Assembly: GCA_032718475.1 (NCBI GenBank)
Contig: JAUCBJ010002497.1
Coordinates: forward strand, 1 to 64,000
Source: Nemertoderma westbladi
Taxonomy: Eukaryota; Animalia; Xenacoelomorpha
Reading direction: 5' to 3'
Length of the DNA stretch: 64,000 nucleotides
Position numbers and translations under genes: made by a program. Shown here in pieces: positions 37,937 to 51,390 of the stretch; positions within the stretch are counted from its first letter, which is position 1; each line of letters starts with the position of its first letter. The notes below the pieces were generated by a model. It was not told the DNA's origin, searched no databases, and saw only the letters and a list, made by a program, of their open reading frames with translations.

Positions 37937-40030
37937 TTAAGTAATTTATAGCGCTCAGTTCTATCTTATAATTTTTATATGTAAATCTTCTGATTTACTT
38001 ACTGTAAGAAAATCGTGTCTGTTTGTTTGTCTGTCTATTTGTCACACGAAAGGCTCCGAAACTATCCGTTCAATTGTGTTGTTTTTAGTACCCCCCTGTA
38101 GTGTATGGTCCGAACTGAATGGGTGTATAAAGCAATTTTCTGAAAAATTAAGTCATTAGTTTTTGCAAAAAATGAAATAAACGAAAAGTGCCATAGACGC
38201 AATGGTAAATAACACCAATAACAGCTGGTGTTCATGATGAAAAATGGCTTATGTAATGGATTTCTACACAGGCTTAGTATAAATCGATGAGTTGCCAAGA
38301 TTATTACTTACAACACCGATACTGTTTGCTTAGGCCCTACTGCCTAAACTCCACTCACTCCCTTACAAACTTGAGATTCTTCATAGGGTAGCATTAGTGT
38401 GTGTTAAATATTTTATACAGCTGATAGATAACCTTATCTGTCAAGGTATTGGCTAATGAGAATTTCTTACTAATTCCAGGTAAATGAATTTTAGTAATAA
38501 TGTAGACCTTCAACTGTAGTACTACAATAATTGGTGTAATTAGAATCATGAGAGGGAAACGTAGGTATTTTTGTTTCAGCTGATGGAATATGTCTGTGTT
38601 GTGTAGTAATGAAATATAGTTGACATTGCCTACAACAAATATTTCCGATAAATGATATTTCATAAAGGAACAAAGTGATTTAGAAAGTGAAATATTAGTA
38701 TATTAATTAATTAATAGAAGTGTTCTGAATATTGAAGATTTACATCCCGCGTGCTTGCACGCCACTAGTTCCAAAAGTGTAACATTACTCAATGCCGTTA
38801 GTAATAACAGCGAGTTGTTATTTAGCATTTGACAACTTTAGAGGACATTACAATATTGTATTGGCCTGTACATTTAGTATTGTATTGGTGTATTTTAATG
38901 ATGTAATGTCCTGACGGCGTGACTGTAAAGTCACGTCGTCATGGTTACCACATAAACAATATGTGGTATTTATTATTAATTGTCTGACAGCCAGATAGGT
39001 ATCATAGGTATTGCCAAATAGGACAGATAGATACTTTCCTTCGCTTCGAGTGATTAGTTGGCCTAAATATGATATCCCACTCCATAGCGGAATCTTCTAC
39101 CGCCCTGGTAGCTCAGAGAGCATTATCATATTGTCCTATTTACATTATATATATAATTCACCGTCACTCACCCCACAACAATTCACTTATTATGTATTCC
39201 GATTGTACAATATTGCTACAGGATTATAGCTAATCGGTATATTGTACACACAAACACACGGAGACGCGCCCCATTTAGGATCCCCGTAACTAATAGTTAT
39301 TGAGTTATTAAATTTAGTTTCCTATATCTATTTTATATTCTATAACGCACTCCAATAGTTCAATGGAATCCATACTAATTATGGCGCAGCTCGTTTTATA
39401 CAAAGCATCACCTTCTGTATCTCAGGTTCAGGGTAGCGGGATAAAAAGCACTATTTTATTTCCATGTAGTAGAATGTTAAATTAAATGTCTACAAAGAAT
39501 CTATTGAGTATTTATGTAAATATGTAAAAATGTATAATGAGTTTATATTGTCAAAAACAAGTATAATTATTAAGCATTCCATTTTGGAAATTAGTCAACA
39601 TGAGACATGTATCAAGTAAATACATTTACAATAATTTTATTCAATAATAATATTAGGAAAATAGTAAATTGCAAAAAAAACTGATAGATAGGCTCACATT
39701 TTATACTGAATTAAATAAATTTTCAGCATCACAGTATAAAAATTGAGAATTTAGAGTTTTAAAAATAGTATCACATATGCCTAATGTTAATAATAATATG
39801 ATTATTTAGAATATTCGAAATTAGGGAATTCGAATGCATGAATATTCACAAAAAACACCAACAATATTAATAATAGACAAAAATATTCAAAATTACATAA
39901 TATAATAAAAAATAGCACACCCATTGGCTATAATCTCTATTCCACTACAAAACTGATGAAGATGGACGGACACTGGACACGTGGACAGCTTTAATTATCA
40001 CGTTGTGCAAAACTACAATAAATTAAAAGT

Positions 40031-41047
40031 TCATTCACCCGGAATGTATTCTACCATTTTCTCACTCCTGTTCCACAGCTCGGCCGCTAGATCATCATCC
40101 AAAGCAAGATCAGACGGCTGCTTAACGCGACAATCACCTAGGTAACTACCGTTAGCCAACCCCGGAGCCAACGCGGCGTGCACCGTGGTCTGACAACCCT
40201 GCCAGGGGGTCTTCCCGACCACCCCTAGGAACACCAAACCCACGGTCCACCGCCGCCACCAGTACCCCGGTACCGTGTCCGCCATATAGCGACCCAATTC
40301 AGTGTGAACGATCCCCGGGTGGACACTCACGGATAAACCGTTACTGCCCTCCAACAACGAGCCTAAATGCCGCGAAAACATAACGTTAGCTAACTTGCTC
40401 ACGCCGTACGCTTTAAACGGCTTGTAGGATTCGCTTTTTGGAGGGGCGTTTATAATATCCTCTCGCGACGCCCAGAACGCGTGCCCTGACGACGAAACTG
40501 TTATTATCCTAGGAGATTGCGATTTCTTTATGAGATCGAGTAGTAAACGTGTTAGGAGGTAGTGGCCCAGATGGTTGACGCCCCAATGGTATTCGAATCC
40601 GTCAGCAGTCAGCTGGTAGGGGCACGCCATAACGCCCGCGTTGTTAATCAAAATATCTAACTGGGCGAAATCGGATTTAATCGCGGCGGCGAACTGGCGA
40701 ACGGAGTCGAGCGAAGCGAGATCTAACGATCGGTACGAGACATTTTGGTTACCCGACGCGCGTTTAATGTGCTCGACAGCGGCGGTTGACTTAGCGGCGT
40801 CCCGACAGCCAATCACGATTCGCGCCCCGCGTTTAGCTAGTTCCACCGCCGTGACTCGTCCTATACCGGTGTTAGCGCCGGTGATGAGCACGGTTTTACC
40901 GTCTAATCGGGCCGTGCAGCTGCAGTACGCGCCAACGAACCGCCGACGTATCAGTGCTGTCGCAACGCCGCACGCTACAAGGCTCGCCCCCACAACGTAG
41001 ACCATTCGCCAAGTCGTCTGAGATAAATCAATGACTTTCTCTAACAT
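40031..41047 (-). CDS. Retinol dehydrogenase-like short-chain dehydrogenase (RDH11-14 group), intronless
   Basis: N-terminal hydrophobic anchor, TGANTGIG, LDLASLDSVR, NNAGVM, VNHLGH, YGVSK, VHPG.V.TEL. Confidence 0.93.
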   Translation of the reverse strand: MLEKVIDLSQTTWRMVYVVGASLVACGVATALIRRRFVGAYCSCTARLDGKTVLITGANTGIGRVTAVELAKRGARIVIGCRDAAKSTAAVEHIKRASGNQNVSYRSLDLASLDSVRQFAAAIKSDFAQLDILINNAGVMACPYQLTADGFEYHWGVNHLGHYLLTRLLLDLIKKSQSPRIITVSSSGHAFWASREDIINAPPKSESYKPFKAYGVSKLANVMFSRHLGSLLEGSNGLSVSVHPGIVHTELGRYMADTVPGYWWRRWTVGLVFLGVVGKTPWQGCQTTVHAALAPGLANGSYLGDCRVKQPSDLALDDDLAAELWNRSEKMVEYIPGE

Positions 41048-42170
41048 TGTAAAAATTTTGGCAGGGTCTATTTATTTAGGCCTACCGGTACCTATAAAAT
41101 TATATTGATCGCTCCTGTCAGCCTGTGCCTGTACCGGTACCTATTTTTAAATAAAAAGAAAGTCAACTCCTAGAACAGTAGAATGTTAGAGACAGATACA
41201 CCCAATCACCACGCCCAGAGAAGTACAAGTGCGCTGAAGTGGTGATGTCAGCATCAGGATGTTCACAGCTCATAGCAGCATGGTTGAATTTCATATAAAA
41301 TGTAAAAAAGAGGGCTGCGGACTAAGGACTTCCGGCTGTCAAAGAAGCACCGAAATCTGAGAGGTAAATTTGAATTATACTGTAGTTTTGTAGCAATTGT
41401 CTACTACTGTAGTAATAATAGTTGTCCTTGTGTTGTAGTAGTGCTTTGATATAGTCATATAGTCACATAGAGTCATATACTGTAAATGTTTTGAGAATTG
41501 AATTAAATTGAATCACTCTTTTATTAACATTAAGATAAAAACAATATATAGTCGAAAAATACAGTAGTTAGGTAAGTATGAAATAAGATCAGTTTTTAGT
41601 CTGATTATAGTCTAGTCAGTGCCACATAAAATATACATTATATATATATTATATATATATTATATATATATTATATTATTAAAACTCCAAAGAACAATGG
41701 ATCTTAATATAAATTAAAATACACACGAACTAACCCTGATTAATTATAATTAGGCCATAAAATAAGAAAAATATATCATTATATTTTCTTATTATTATTA
41801 TATTATATATGTTATTATCTTATTATATATTTTTCTTATTAATATTTTCTTACGCATTTAGGCCTAATGTATTGTATAATATTTGTGTACTGTAAGTACA
41901 CGTTCGTGGGGCCTTCGCGCAGCACGAGGCCCAGTTATGAGATACAAATTAAAATTGTGCGACTGTATCACAAAATCAGGTTATGAGAGATTAACCAACA
42001 CCACCAATTAATCAAAGAAAGGGGGACAGTACGTGTTCACCCCTTTTAATCTGCACCCCCCCGCCCCCTCCCTTCCCACCCACCAATACATAACCGCGAC
42101 ATCTACCACCCACGGAAGGGTAGCACGAACTTATTTCCAAACGCACGTTCAATATGCAAAGCCAGGTGGT

Positions 42171-42629
42171 TTATAGGAATATAATCAATGCAGTACTCGT
42201 CTTCATTATAAGCCTCTTTGCGTTCGACCTGTTTTGTATTAAAATATATTTATTAAACGCAGGCTGACGCTCTTTATAATAATAATACCTAGGGATGCCA
42301 GCTTCCAGACTTTCAATCTTTACTGCCGCGCAAACCCCGCAGAGGAAGTTTTGGTTTGAGAGATCAAGCCCATCGGCAATTGGTGTTTCAATTTCGGTCC
42401 AGGAACTCTGACAATGGGAGCATTCAATCTTAGCTGTGGTCCATTCCCGTGGTTTCGGCTTCCTTTTCTTCGTCCCAATGACAGATTCTTCTGAAGACGT
42501 TCGATTCGCTTTCAGTTTATTGTTGGCGTTTGTGTTTTGAAGTTGTATTCGAGTGGACAGTCGCGCCGGTTTCGAGGTAACCATACCGACCTGTGATAAG
42601 CGTTGGTTTTGTTGAGTGTCGGTATTCAT
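42171..42629 (-). mobile_element. Probable 5' fragment of a LINE ORF1 (CxxC...CxxC zinc finger)
   Basis: Basic low-complexity N-terminus, then CSHC..W..FLCGVC and the start of a coiled coil. Coding-like composition ends abruptly at ~42290. Confidence 0.4.
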
Positions 42630-43473
42630 CTTCTCTCACCTCTTCAATGTCAGATGTTGCAAATACTGATAACACGAATAACGGTATATATTTCAATACT
42701 TGTCAATAGTAATATATATAATTTAGATAACTATTTTATATCTGTACTGTTGAGCAAACTCTACATAAATTTCAACCTGTGTATCGCCGGTAGGGCTGTT
42801 GCTGTGCAAGTGCTAGTTGCCACCGGTCAGCCGGTACCGGTAGTAGGGTGGTACCATGGCCTACTACACACAGGCCATGACAAGGACTTTGCTGTGAAAT
42901 TAGCGTAGGCTGACTGGTGACTGATGAATTATCAAATATTATATTTTCCATGAATGCAGGGTCCATATTTAAAAGAAGATGACTAGATTTTCGTAAAGAA
43001 TTTAATTGAAACAGTATTTAATAATAAATAAATTAATTATCGCTCGAGTTCCTGCAGCTTTTATTCGTGGCAGGAATGTTTGAACGCTAATAAGTCGGTC
43101 AATCATGGATGAAATGGAACCAAACTTGGTACACTTGTAGTCTTAAAAAAATTTAGAAATTCTACACACAGACAGACTTCTACAGTTCCCCGGTCTGCCG
43201 CTAGGGGGCGAATTAACAGAAACGTAAAAATAGCTGTAATTATAGAACCAACGATCAGATTCATCTGAAATTTAGTAGTAGTTACCTAAGAGCATTGCTT
43301 AATTATAAATTCTACAGAGACTTTTACAGTTCCTGTCTGCCGCTAGTGGGGAATTGTTAGAGCTCCAGTTCAACGTGCTTAGCATGGTATAATAAACAAT
43401 CAATTAATTATTTTATTCAATACAGTAATTATAACAGTAAAATGCAATGTATTCTATTTTTTAGTGAAATCAA

Positions 43474-43736
43474 GAGATAGGAGGGGGGTGGGACTGGACG
43501 CAAATCCCATCTTGGCGAATTAATATCCCGCCTCAATATTAATTTCTAAATTTTGGGAAAGGAGCAGGTTACAGTGGCACGTTATTTTAACCAAAACAAT
43601 AAAGTAAACACAATAGAACAGGTTACAGTTTTATTTTTGAGAGTAATCAGCTGTTGTTATTTGCGTCCAATTTCCCCTGGAGAGGGATGAATTTTTATTG
43701 CGTCCAGCCCCCCCCCCCCCCCCCCCCCCCCTATCT
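43474..43736. mobile_element. Mutator-like MITE with G/C-run TIRs and 9-bp TSD
   Basis: TGAAATCAA|GAGATAGG..GGACTGGACGCAA...TTGCGTCCAGCCCC..CTATCT|TGAAATCAA. Confidence 0.75.
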
Positions 43737-43858
43737 TGAAATCAAATACCAAAAATATATTTATTATATGAACAATCTATTTGGAAATTGTAAGTTCGGC
43801 CTATCTCTTTACCATAAGCTCAGTATCTTTATCTGGTGTGTTTTTATTATTTTACCAA

Positions 43859-44485
43859 TTATTTAATATGTTTGATAGAATTGAACAACACCGCCCAACA
43901 CAACCAACTCTCTATCCGCCTCGAGCATCGAGAATACGAGAAACTCGATCGAAATACCTGCTTATCCCAGTAGTATCCGTCCGTAGTCAGAGTCACCGGA
44001 CCGCTGCGGTTTACTCCCGTAGAACAGTAGAATTCCCGCAGCTTCCGACCCAATTCGACAACGAATTCGCTTCACACTTTCGCGTCACAGAGAACGTAAT
44101 CCAGTGCGATAACGTCTGCCCAACGTTCAACCATTTCCCCCAGGCGATCCCAGGATCCGGGCCGCCGCTAAACCCAGATCGCAATCCTCGTCGATTCGTC
44201 CAGTCGTCGACGTAAGTCAGTAAGTGGGACTCTTCCCACCGCACTCCAAGGTGGGTGACCGGAGTGAGGCATGATGAACTTGGCAGTGGCCCGCATTACG
44301 ATCTGACCGACCGCCGTATTCCCAGTGTCTGAGTGTAGTAAATACCCAAATAGAATCGTACTGACAAACAAGCAATTCCGTAGTATTCCCCCGTTAATCA
44401 CCTCTTGAAGCAACTCGGCTGCTCGGGTCCAGATACATCGGACTGTCGGGAGCGTTTCAGACATCAGACAGTAATGGAGCGGCAT
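43859..44485 (-). pseudogene. Unidentified GC-rich reading frame with two in-frame stops
   Basis: ORFs 44168..44485 and 43859..44053 share a frame, bridged by RRPGSWDRLGEMVERWADVIALDYVLCDAKV*SEFVVE. Composition resembles the real CDSs. Confidence 0.4.
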
Positions 44486-45482
44486 TTGCGAATATTTCCA
44501 ATGGTTTTATAATAAATAAGGGGATTCAACAGTTCAATGCTAAAACAAATGGATTATTCCTAACCCCACCCCAATACAGCAATATACCTAGCAGTATATA
44601 GCTTAGGTACCACAGTCTGACTAGCTTTAAATATTAGAGTATGAAAATTATTATAGGACCCTCATGGAAACGAGGTATATACCTCATGAGGCTATCCTTA
44701 CACCAGAACCTTTTATTTAAGTAAATAAACATTTTATAAGTTCAGAAGTTGACTATCTACATAAATCAGTATTGGTGCTCCTAAATATCTAGTGTTATTA
44801 GGCCTACTTGTACTGTAGGCCTAATATCGTAACGTAATCTTTATAAATGTATTATTGTGAATTTTAAAAGGTTTAATTATGTGTAAAAAACAATCAATCA
44901 ATCAAACCATAATCAGCACAGTAAGCCTACGCATGGGTGGTACCTACGGTGCGCACTACAACGGCTGAACGGCAGTACAGCAATACGGTGTACCGTGCCA
45001 ATGCTGCAATGACTGAATGATTAGCGGTAACTACTGAACTACCGGTATCTAAACTATTATATTATTATTACCGGTACAAGGCTAATTAGGCCTAAACTAT
45101 AATCACCGCAAGGGTTTCCGGGGCCATGTTTAGATTACATGATATGTAATGTAATGTAATGTAATGTAATGTAATGTAATGTAATTGCACTCCAAATAAT
45201 TGCACCGACAAATAAAATAATTAATTATTTAAAATTAATCTTAATGACATACATATTCACAAAATGAAATTGAATTAGACCTTTAATTAAACAATTATAT
45301 GGAGGGAGAAGATAACCCAGGCAATGTTGCACTTACGAGCGTATCTCTATTGGAATTAAGTAAAAATATTGCAAACTAAAAAAATTTAATGGTAAAACAC
45401 GGTCGGTCATTATGAACAGAGAAAATATAAAAAAAAATCAAAATCAAATCAAAATACGAGGCGGGGTATAATGTGTGCATAT

Positions 45483-45800
45483 TTAAACAAAATGACACAA
45501 GTGACTAAAATCAATATGACGTATATGGCAATTAAAAATATACAAATTACGTGCATTAACGGCATCTGAGGGCAAGGAATTCCACACGGATACTATACGG
45601 CTGGCAAAACGATTTCTGACAACGACTAGCCTGCTAGGCTGTGCAAACAGTTTCCTGTTATGGCCTCGCAAACCTTGCCGTTGCACATGCGAGAAAAAAT
45701 CGTTGAAATGAAGGTCAATGTTATAGTGACAAATATTATAAACCATACGGATATCAAAAATAATTCGCCTAACTTCTAATGGTTGGAGTTTCAAGTGTAT
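45483..45800 (-). mobile_element. 3' end of CR1/L2-type LINE ORF2 (5'-truncated)
   Basis: LQPLEVRR..DI.MVY, LRGHNRKL and F.SRIVSVWNSLP motifs. Confidence 0.8.
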
Positions 45801-47766
45801 TAATCTATTAGAGTAACTGTTGCATGTCTGCAGTGTATGGTACCGGCTGACCTGTATTACAGCCTGACAGTACCGGTACAAATGGTACATGCAGATTGGC
45901 AGACAGCCCCTATGTTTTGCAAAATTTGTCAGAAAACCAGCTGATTTATCCTACAGTAATAATAATTTAACGCATGTTAATTTTGGATAAATAAATATAT
46001 TATAACTACAATAACAGTTACACTGATGCTGCACGAAGGCCCCACGCAAATTCTACTTGGAAAATTTTCAAACTTTTGCCAAACAACATGTGTACCAAGT
46101 TTGGATAGATTTCATCAAGGATTGGCCGAGTTATTAACGTTTAAAATAAAATACTGAAAAAAAACGCGACAGAACGACAGAACGACAGAACGACAGGTTG
46201 ATTAATGGTACCACTACGCTAAGGCTCTCTCACTTCGTGGCTCGCCCCACAATGTAATTCGTAGTATATTGTACTATGCCAGAAATTGAACAATAATTTG
46301 AGAAGAAGGGAACATCACCCGGGCTTATAGCGCTTGCGGGGGTCCGAAATTACAAATTTCTGTCAAAGTGGCAAAAATTAAATAAAACAATATCCTTAAT
46401 GATCGAAATATACTTCAATAAGTGGAGCGGAATGTTGCAATTTTTTATGTTAGTAGGCCCCCTAGATATATTTGTACCTTCTACTGTGCAGTATAATTAA
46501 ACATTGTAGCGAGCGGCGTCAAGGTTGCTTAAAATCACTGCAATCTCGTGGATTCAGTCGTGCTGGACAGAAATAAATGTATCAGAATCTGGATCGGGTG
46601 AAATACACTACACACTTTTGAGAGTTATTGTTTATTTCAATTTGTAAACAGAATATGGTTGCATTGTATAATATTATGATGTGGGGTGTAGATACTCATA
46701 GGCCTGCTGTATGGTCTACTTTTTCATTATTTTAGGCGGCTTCTGCAGCTATTGTGGGAAGGGGGAACAACCCACACCACACCAATAACGCATTGAGCAA
46801 TTAATACCATAAGAATAAGAAACATCCTTCCAATTAATTAATTTACTTTAGGACTGACTATATATAGTAACTATAGAGAGGCACCTGTTGCAAATAATAT
46901 TTCTCAGAAACTACTTTCGTCATAACGTATGTCATTGTTAACTACAGTGTGCCGGCACGCCCACACGCCGTACTGGTTCTTATTTAGGAATCATCCTAAG
47001 AGTTTTAGTATAAATTTAGTCGAACCGGTACCATAATGTATGTATTAGACGCCATGTAAGAAATAAAAGTTTTATGTGGCATACATTCAGTACACTACAC
47101 TGTTTACTACTGTAAATAATAAGTACACTATTATACTAGTGCACAGTAGTCAGTTGTTGATCTTAATGTTAACCTTACTTTTAGTTTTAGGTCGTTCATA
47201 CTACCAATTCAAAAATCAAAGATAAATCTAAAGTAAATTAACTTATCTTAAATGGGAAACAGAGGCTTTTTCCCGATATTAAGGGGTCAGAAGGTAACAA
47301 GCTGTTAGTTTCCATATATACAGTAGAAACGAGTGTTATTATACCCAATGTATTTGAAGGTAAAAATCCAAGTAAGAGTTGCCTTTTGTTTCATTTCACT
47401 AAAACTTTAGATATGCCTATTGAAAAAAATGAGCAAAAAATTAGTTTATTTAATATAATCTGATAATTAATTAACCATAAATTATCTCGCATCGCAACTG
47501 CAAAAATCAACTTTGCTGGTACGCGGTACGGAGTTCTACCTTGAACAAAGAACATGGCGAATTTATATTTGATGTGATTAATAATGTACAGTAGCTCCTA
47601 GCTATACTGTACTGTACAGTAGGTGGTACAGTGAGTACCTCGGTCAGTCCGGTAGCGGTAGTTAAAAAATAAATATCGAAATTATGTGGGGATGAATAAT
47701 AATAATATTTAACAAAAACATTATTTATTATTTATTATACTGGTACTTCTATACTTGGTGCGGGAT

Positions 47767-48630
47767 ATGGCGAGCAGTCAAGCGTTGTCGATCGCTACCC
47801 AGAGACCCATGGAAGCCTTCCTTGCCGGGTCCGTTGGTGGATTTTGTTCCACCTACTTATTCCAACCTTTCGACGTACTAAAAACCCGTTTACAAACGCG
47901 ACCGGTTGGCGACATCCGTCTGTACAGCCTAGCTGGCGAAGTTGTCAGACGCGAAGGCGTGTTCACCCTGTGGAGGGGAACAGTGCCCTCGCTGTTCCGT
48001 ATAGTTCCGGGTGCCGGGGTTTATTATGCGACGTTACACACCGTTAAATCTTTCTTCTTCCCTACGACGCCGGTGGAATCGTTAGGCTCGACCACCGTGG
48101 TCGGTATAGCCGCGGTTTCCCGCACACTTCCGGTGGTTCTATTCCTCCCACTGACCACCATGAAGGCTCGGTACGAGAGCAATCTGTACGCGTACAGCGG
48201 TCTCCGATCCGCAATACGCGACGTTATATCCCGAGAAGGCTTCCGCGGTTTATACTCCGGAATGACTCCGACTCTTCTGCGAGACGTCCCCTACTCCAGT
48301 CTCTACCTACTGTTCTACACCCGCTTGAAACATTTAGTTCCGGCCTCTTTAATAGGAACTCCTTACGAATCTTCGTGCCGTTTCGTTTTCGGTATATTCG
48401 CTGGGGTCGCCGCCTCCACTATAACTCAACCCTTTGATGTAATAAAGACTCACATGCAGTTACATTCGCGGCAACGCAATGTGTTTCTTGTGGTATATTA
48501 TCTCGCCCGGAGTGATGGATTTCTCGGGTTCTATAAAGGTCTCTCAGCTAGACTGCTGCGTCGAGCCCTACTCAGCACTACCTCGTGGACTATATTCGAA
48601 CAGTTTAATAGTCGTTTAAAGCTTTTTTGA
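47767..48630 (+). CDS. SLC25A38: Mitochondrial glycine transporter, intronless
   Basis: Three carrier repeats; AFLAGS..G.CST.LFQPFDVLKTRLQ, K.RYES..Y.Y, TLLRDVPYS.LYL.FY, GIFAG..AS..TQP.DVIKTHMQL. First ATG at 47767. Confidence 0.92.
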   Translation: MASSQALSIATQRPMEAFLAGSVGGFCSTYLFQPFDVLKTRLQTRPVGDIRLYSLAGEVVRREGVFTLWRGTVPSLFRIVPGAGVYYATLHTVKSFFFPTTPVESLGSTTVVGIAAVSRTLPVVLFLPLTTMKARYESNLYAYSGLRSAIRDVISREGFRGLYSGMTPTLLRDVPYSSLYLLFYTRLKHLVPASLIGTPYESSCRFVFGIFAGVAASTITQPFDVIKTHMQLHSRQRNVFLVVYYLARSDGFLGFYKGLSARLLRRALLSTTSWTIFEQFNSRLKLF

Positions 48631-49008
48631 GTTATTTGCCTACCTCTTTCTACACGGCTGTAGATGCAATCTGCAGCCCCGCCTTTTTGTTTAGCCAGCT
48701 ACTTTTGCTGCCGTTCCATAAGAATATAATATGTTCACTACTACTGCTAGAATAACTTCCGATTTTGCTTTTTATACAATTAATAGTAATATTATCTTAA
48801 CTATATTTATTAATATAATTAATTATTAGTGGGTGTGGGTGGTGGCTCTGTTTTCTTTCCTGTTTCACTCTTTAAATAAAATTTTTATAACATAATTTTA
48901 GTTGTGTTTTTGTTTTGTATATTCCATTGTTTCTGACTTTTTCTCAAGATAATTTCAATTTATATTTCGTAATATTTAATATGTATTTAGTAAGAATTGC
49001 ATTTTTAC

Positions 49009-49232
49009 GGGTGTAAACGCTACGCCGACAACCGACTACCGACAACCAACGCCGACAGCGACAACCATTATCAAAGCTAATTAATGTCATTTATTAATTG
49101 AGGGAAATGAACAGCTTACAGTGGAAGGTTATTGTAACCAAAACAATAAACGAGAGTCACGAACTCAGGTTACATTTTCATATTTGCTGTTGTCGGCAGT
49201 GGTTGTCGGTTGTCGGCGTAGCGTTTACACCC
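49009..49232. mobile_element. Mutator-like MITE with 9-bp TSD
   Basis: CATTTTTAC|GGGTGTAAACGCTACGCCGACAACC...GGTTGTCGGCGTAGCGTTTACACCC|CATTTTTAC. Confidence 0.85.
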
Positions 49233-49871
49233 CATTTTTACTGTATTTTATAATTTTTTACACAACAACCACATTTCTGTATCATTAATCTCAGACAACC
49301 CGTGTAAAATCCTCCTTTTCCATTACCATTGCAAAATTAAGAGAAAGAAACCAAGCAAGTTCAATGGTGGTAGTTTCTAACCAAAACACTAAAATGTAAC
49401 TCAATACACAGAATTCCATACCTGATTATAAGTAGTAATCAGATTTATCCAGGCATGAGTGTCTCACTTACTCATCACTCACACACACGTTGCAGTCACA
49501 AACTCATGGAGGGTTACCTAATAATACCACCTTTTATGCAAAGTATTTTCCTCATTGGTGCTACGAATTAACGATGTTTGTAAATAACAAATTAGCCATA
49601 TTTATTTAGTAGGCCTCACTTATATAGTTTAACTATTATTATATTAATTATAATTCAATAATATTTCAATTTGTCCCGTGAAATAATGAAACTTTTTAAG
49701 GTACATGGTCCGATGGCTAGGCGGCGAAATAATTGGGTGAGCACAAAACAAAGACTCAAAGAATATATAGACCAGTACAAAACACATGTGTTAACTTTCG
49801 TTTATTATTTTGGTTCCCCCAAAACGCCTCTGTAACCTGCTCCTTTACTAACCTGCTCCTTTAAATGGCAA

Positions 49872-51390
49872 TGGGACATAACGCTCATTGGGACCTAACG
49901 CTCTTTGGTACCTAACGCTCTTTGATACCTAACGCTCTTTGGGACCTAACGTCCTTTGGTACCTAACGCTCTTTGGGACCTAACGTCCTTTGGGACCTAA
50001 CGCTCTTTGGGACCTAACGCTCTTTGGGACCTAACGTCCTTTGGTACCTAACGCTCTTTGGTACCTAACGCTCTTTGGTACCTAACACTCTTTGGTACCT
50101 AACGCTCTTTGGTACCTAACGCTCTTTGGTACCTAACGCTCTTTGGGACCTAAAGTCCTTTGGTACCTAACGCTCTTTTGTACCTAACGCTCTTTGGGAC
50201 CCAATGCTCTTTGGGACCTAACGTCCTTTGGTACCTAACGCTCTTTGGGACCTAACGCTCTTTGGGACCTAACGTCCTTTGGTACCTAACGCTCTTTGGG
50301 ACCTAACGCTCTTTGGGACCTAACGTCCTTTGGTACCTAACGCTCATTGGGACCTAACGCTCTTTGGGACCTAACACTCTTTGGTACCTAACGCTCTTTG
50401 GTACCTAACGCTCTTTGGTACCTAACGCTCTTTGGGACCTAAAGTCCTTTGGTACCTAACGCTCTTTTGTACCTAACGCTCTTTGGGACCCAATGCTCTT
50501 TGGGACCTAACGTCCTTTGGTACCTAACGCTCTTTGGTACCTAACGCTCTTTGGGACCTAACGCTCTTTGGGACCTAACGTCCTTTGGTACCTAACGCTC
50601 TTTGGGACCTAACGCTCTTTGGGACCTAACGTCCTTTGGTACCTAACGCTCATTGGGACCTAACACTCTTTGGTACCTAACGCTCTTTGGTACCTAACGC
50701 TCTTTGGTACCTAACGCTCTTTGGGACCTAAAGTCCTTTGGTACCTAACGCTCTTTTGTACCTAACGCTCTTTGGGACCCAATGCTCTTTGGGACCTAAC
50801 GTCCTTTGGTACCTAACGCTCTTTGGGACCTAACGCTCTTTGGGACCTAACGTCCTTTGGTACCTAACGCTCTTTGGGACCTAACGCTCTTTGGGACCTA
50901 ACGTCCTTTGGTACCTAACGCTCATTGGGACCTAACGCTCTTTGGGACCTAACGTCCTTTGGTACCTAACGCTCTTTGGGACCTAACGCTCTTTGGGACC
51001 TAACGTCCTTTGGTACCTAACGCTCTTTGGGACCTAACGCTCTTTGGGACCTAACGTCCTTTGGTACCTAACGCTCTTTGGGACCTAACGCTCTTTAGTA
51101 CCTAACGCTCTTTGGTACCTAACGCTCTTTGGTACCTAACGCTCTTTGGTACCTAACGCTCTTTGGGACCTAACGTCCTTTGGTACCTAACGCTCTTTGG
51201 TACCTAACGCTCTTTGGGACCTAACGCTCTTTGGGACCTCACGCTCTTTGGGACCTAACGTCATTTGGTACCTAACGCTCTTTGGTACCTAACGCTCTTT
51301 GGGACCTAACGATCTTTGGTACCTAACGCTCTTTGGGACCTAACGCTCTTTGGGACCTAACGCTCTTTAGTACCTAACGCGACTTTACCG
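49872..51390. repeat. 17-bp minisatellite (TTTGG(G/T)ACCTAACGCTC), ~88 units
   Basis: Directly visible. The variant TAAAGTCC recurs every 289 bp (50151, 50440, 50729). Confidence 0.97.
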
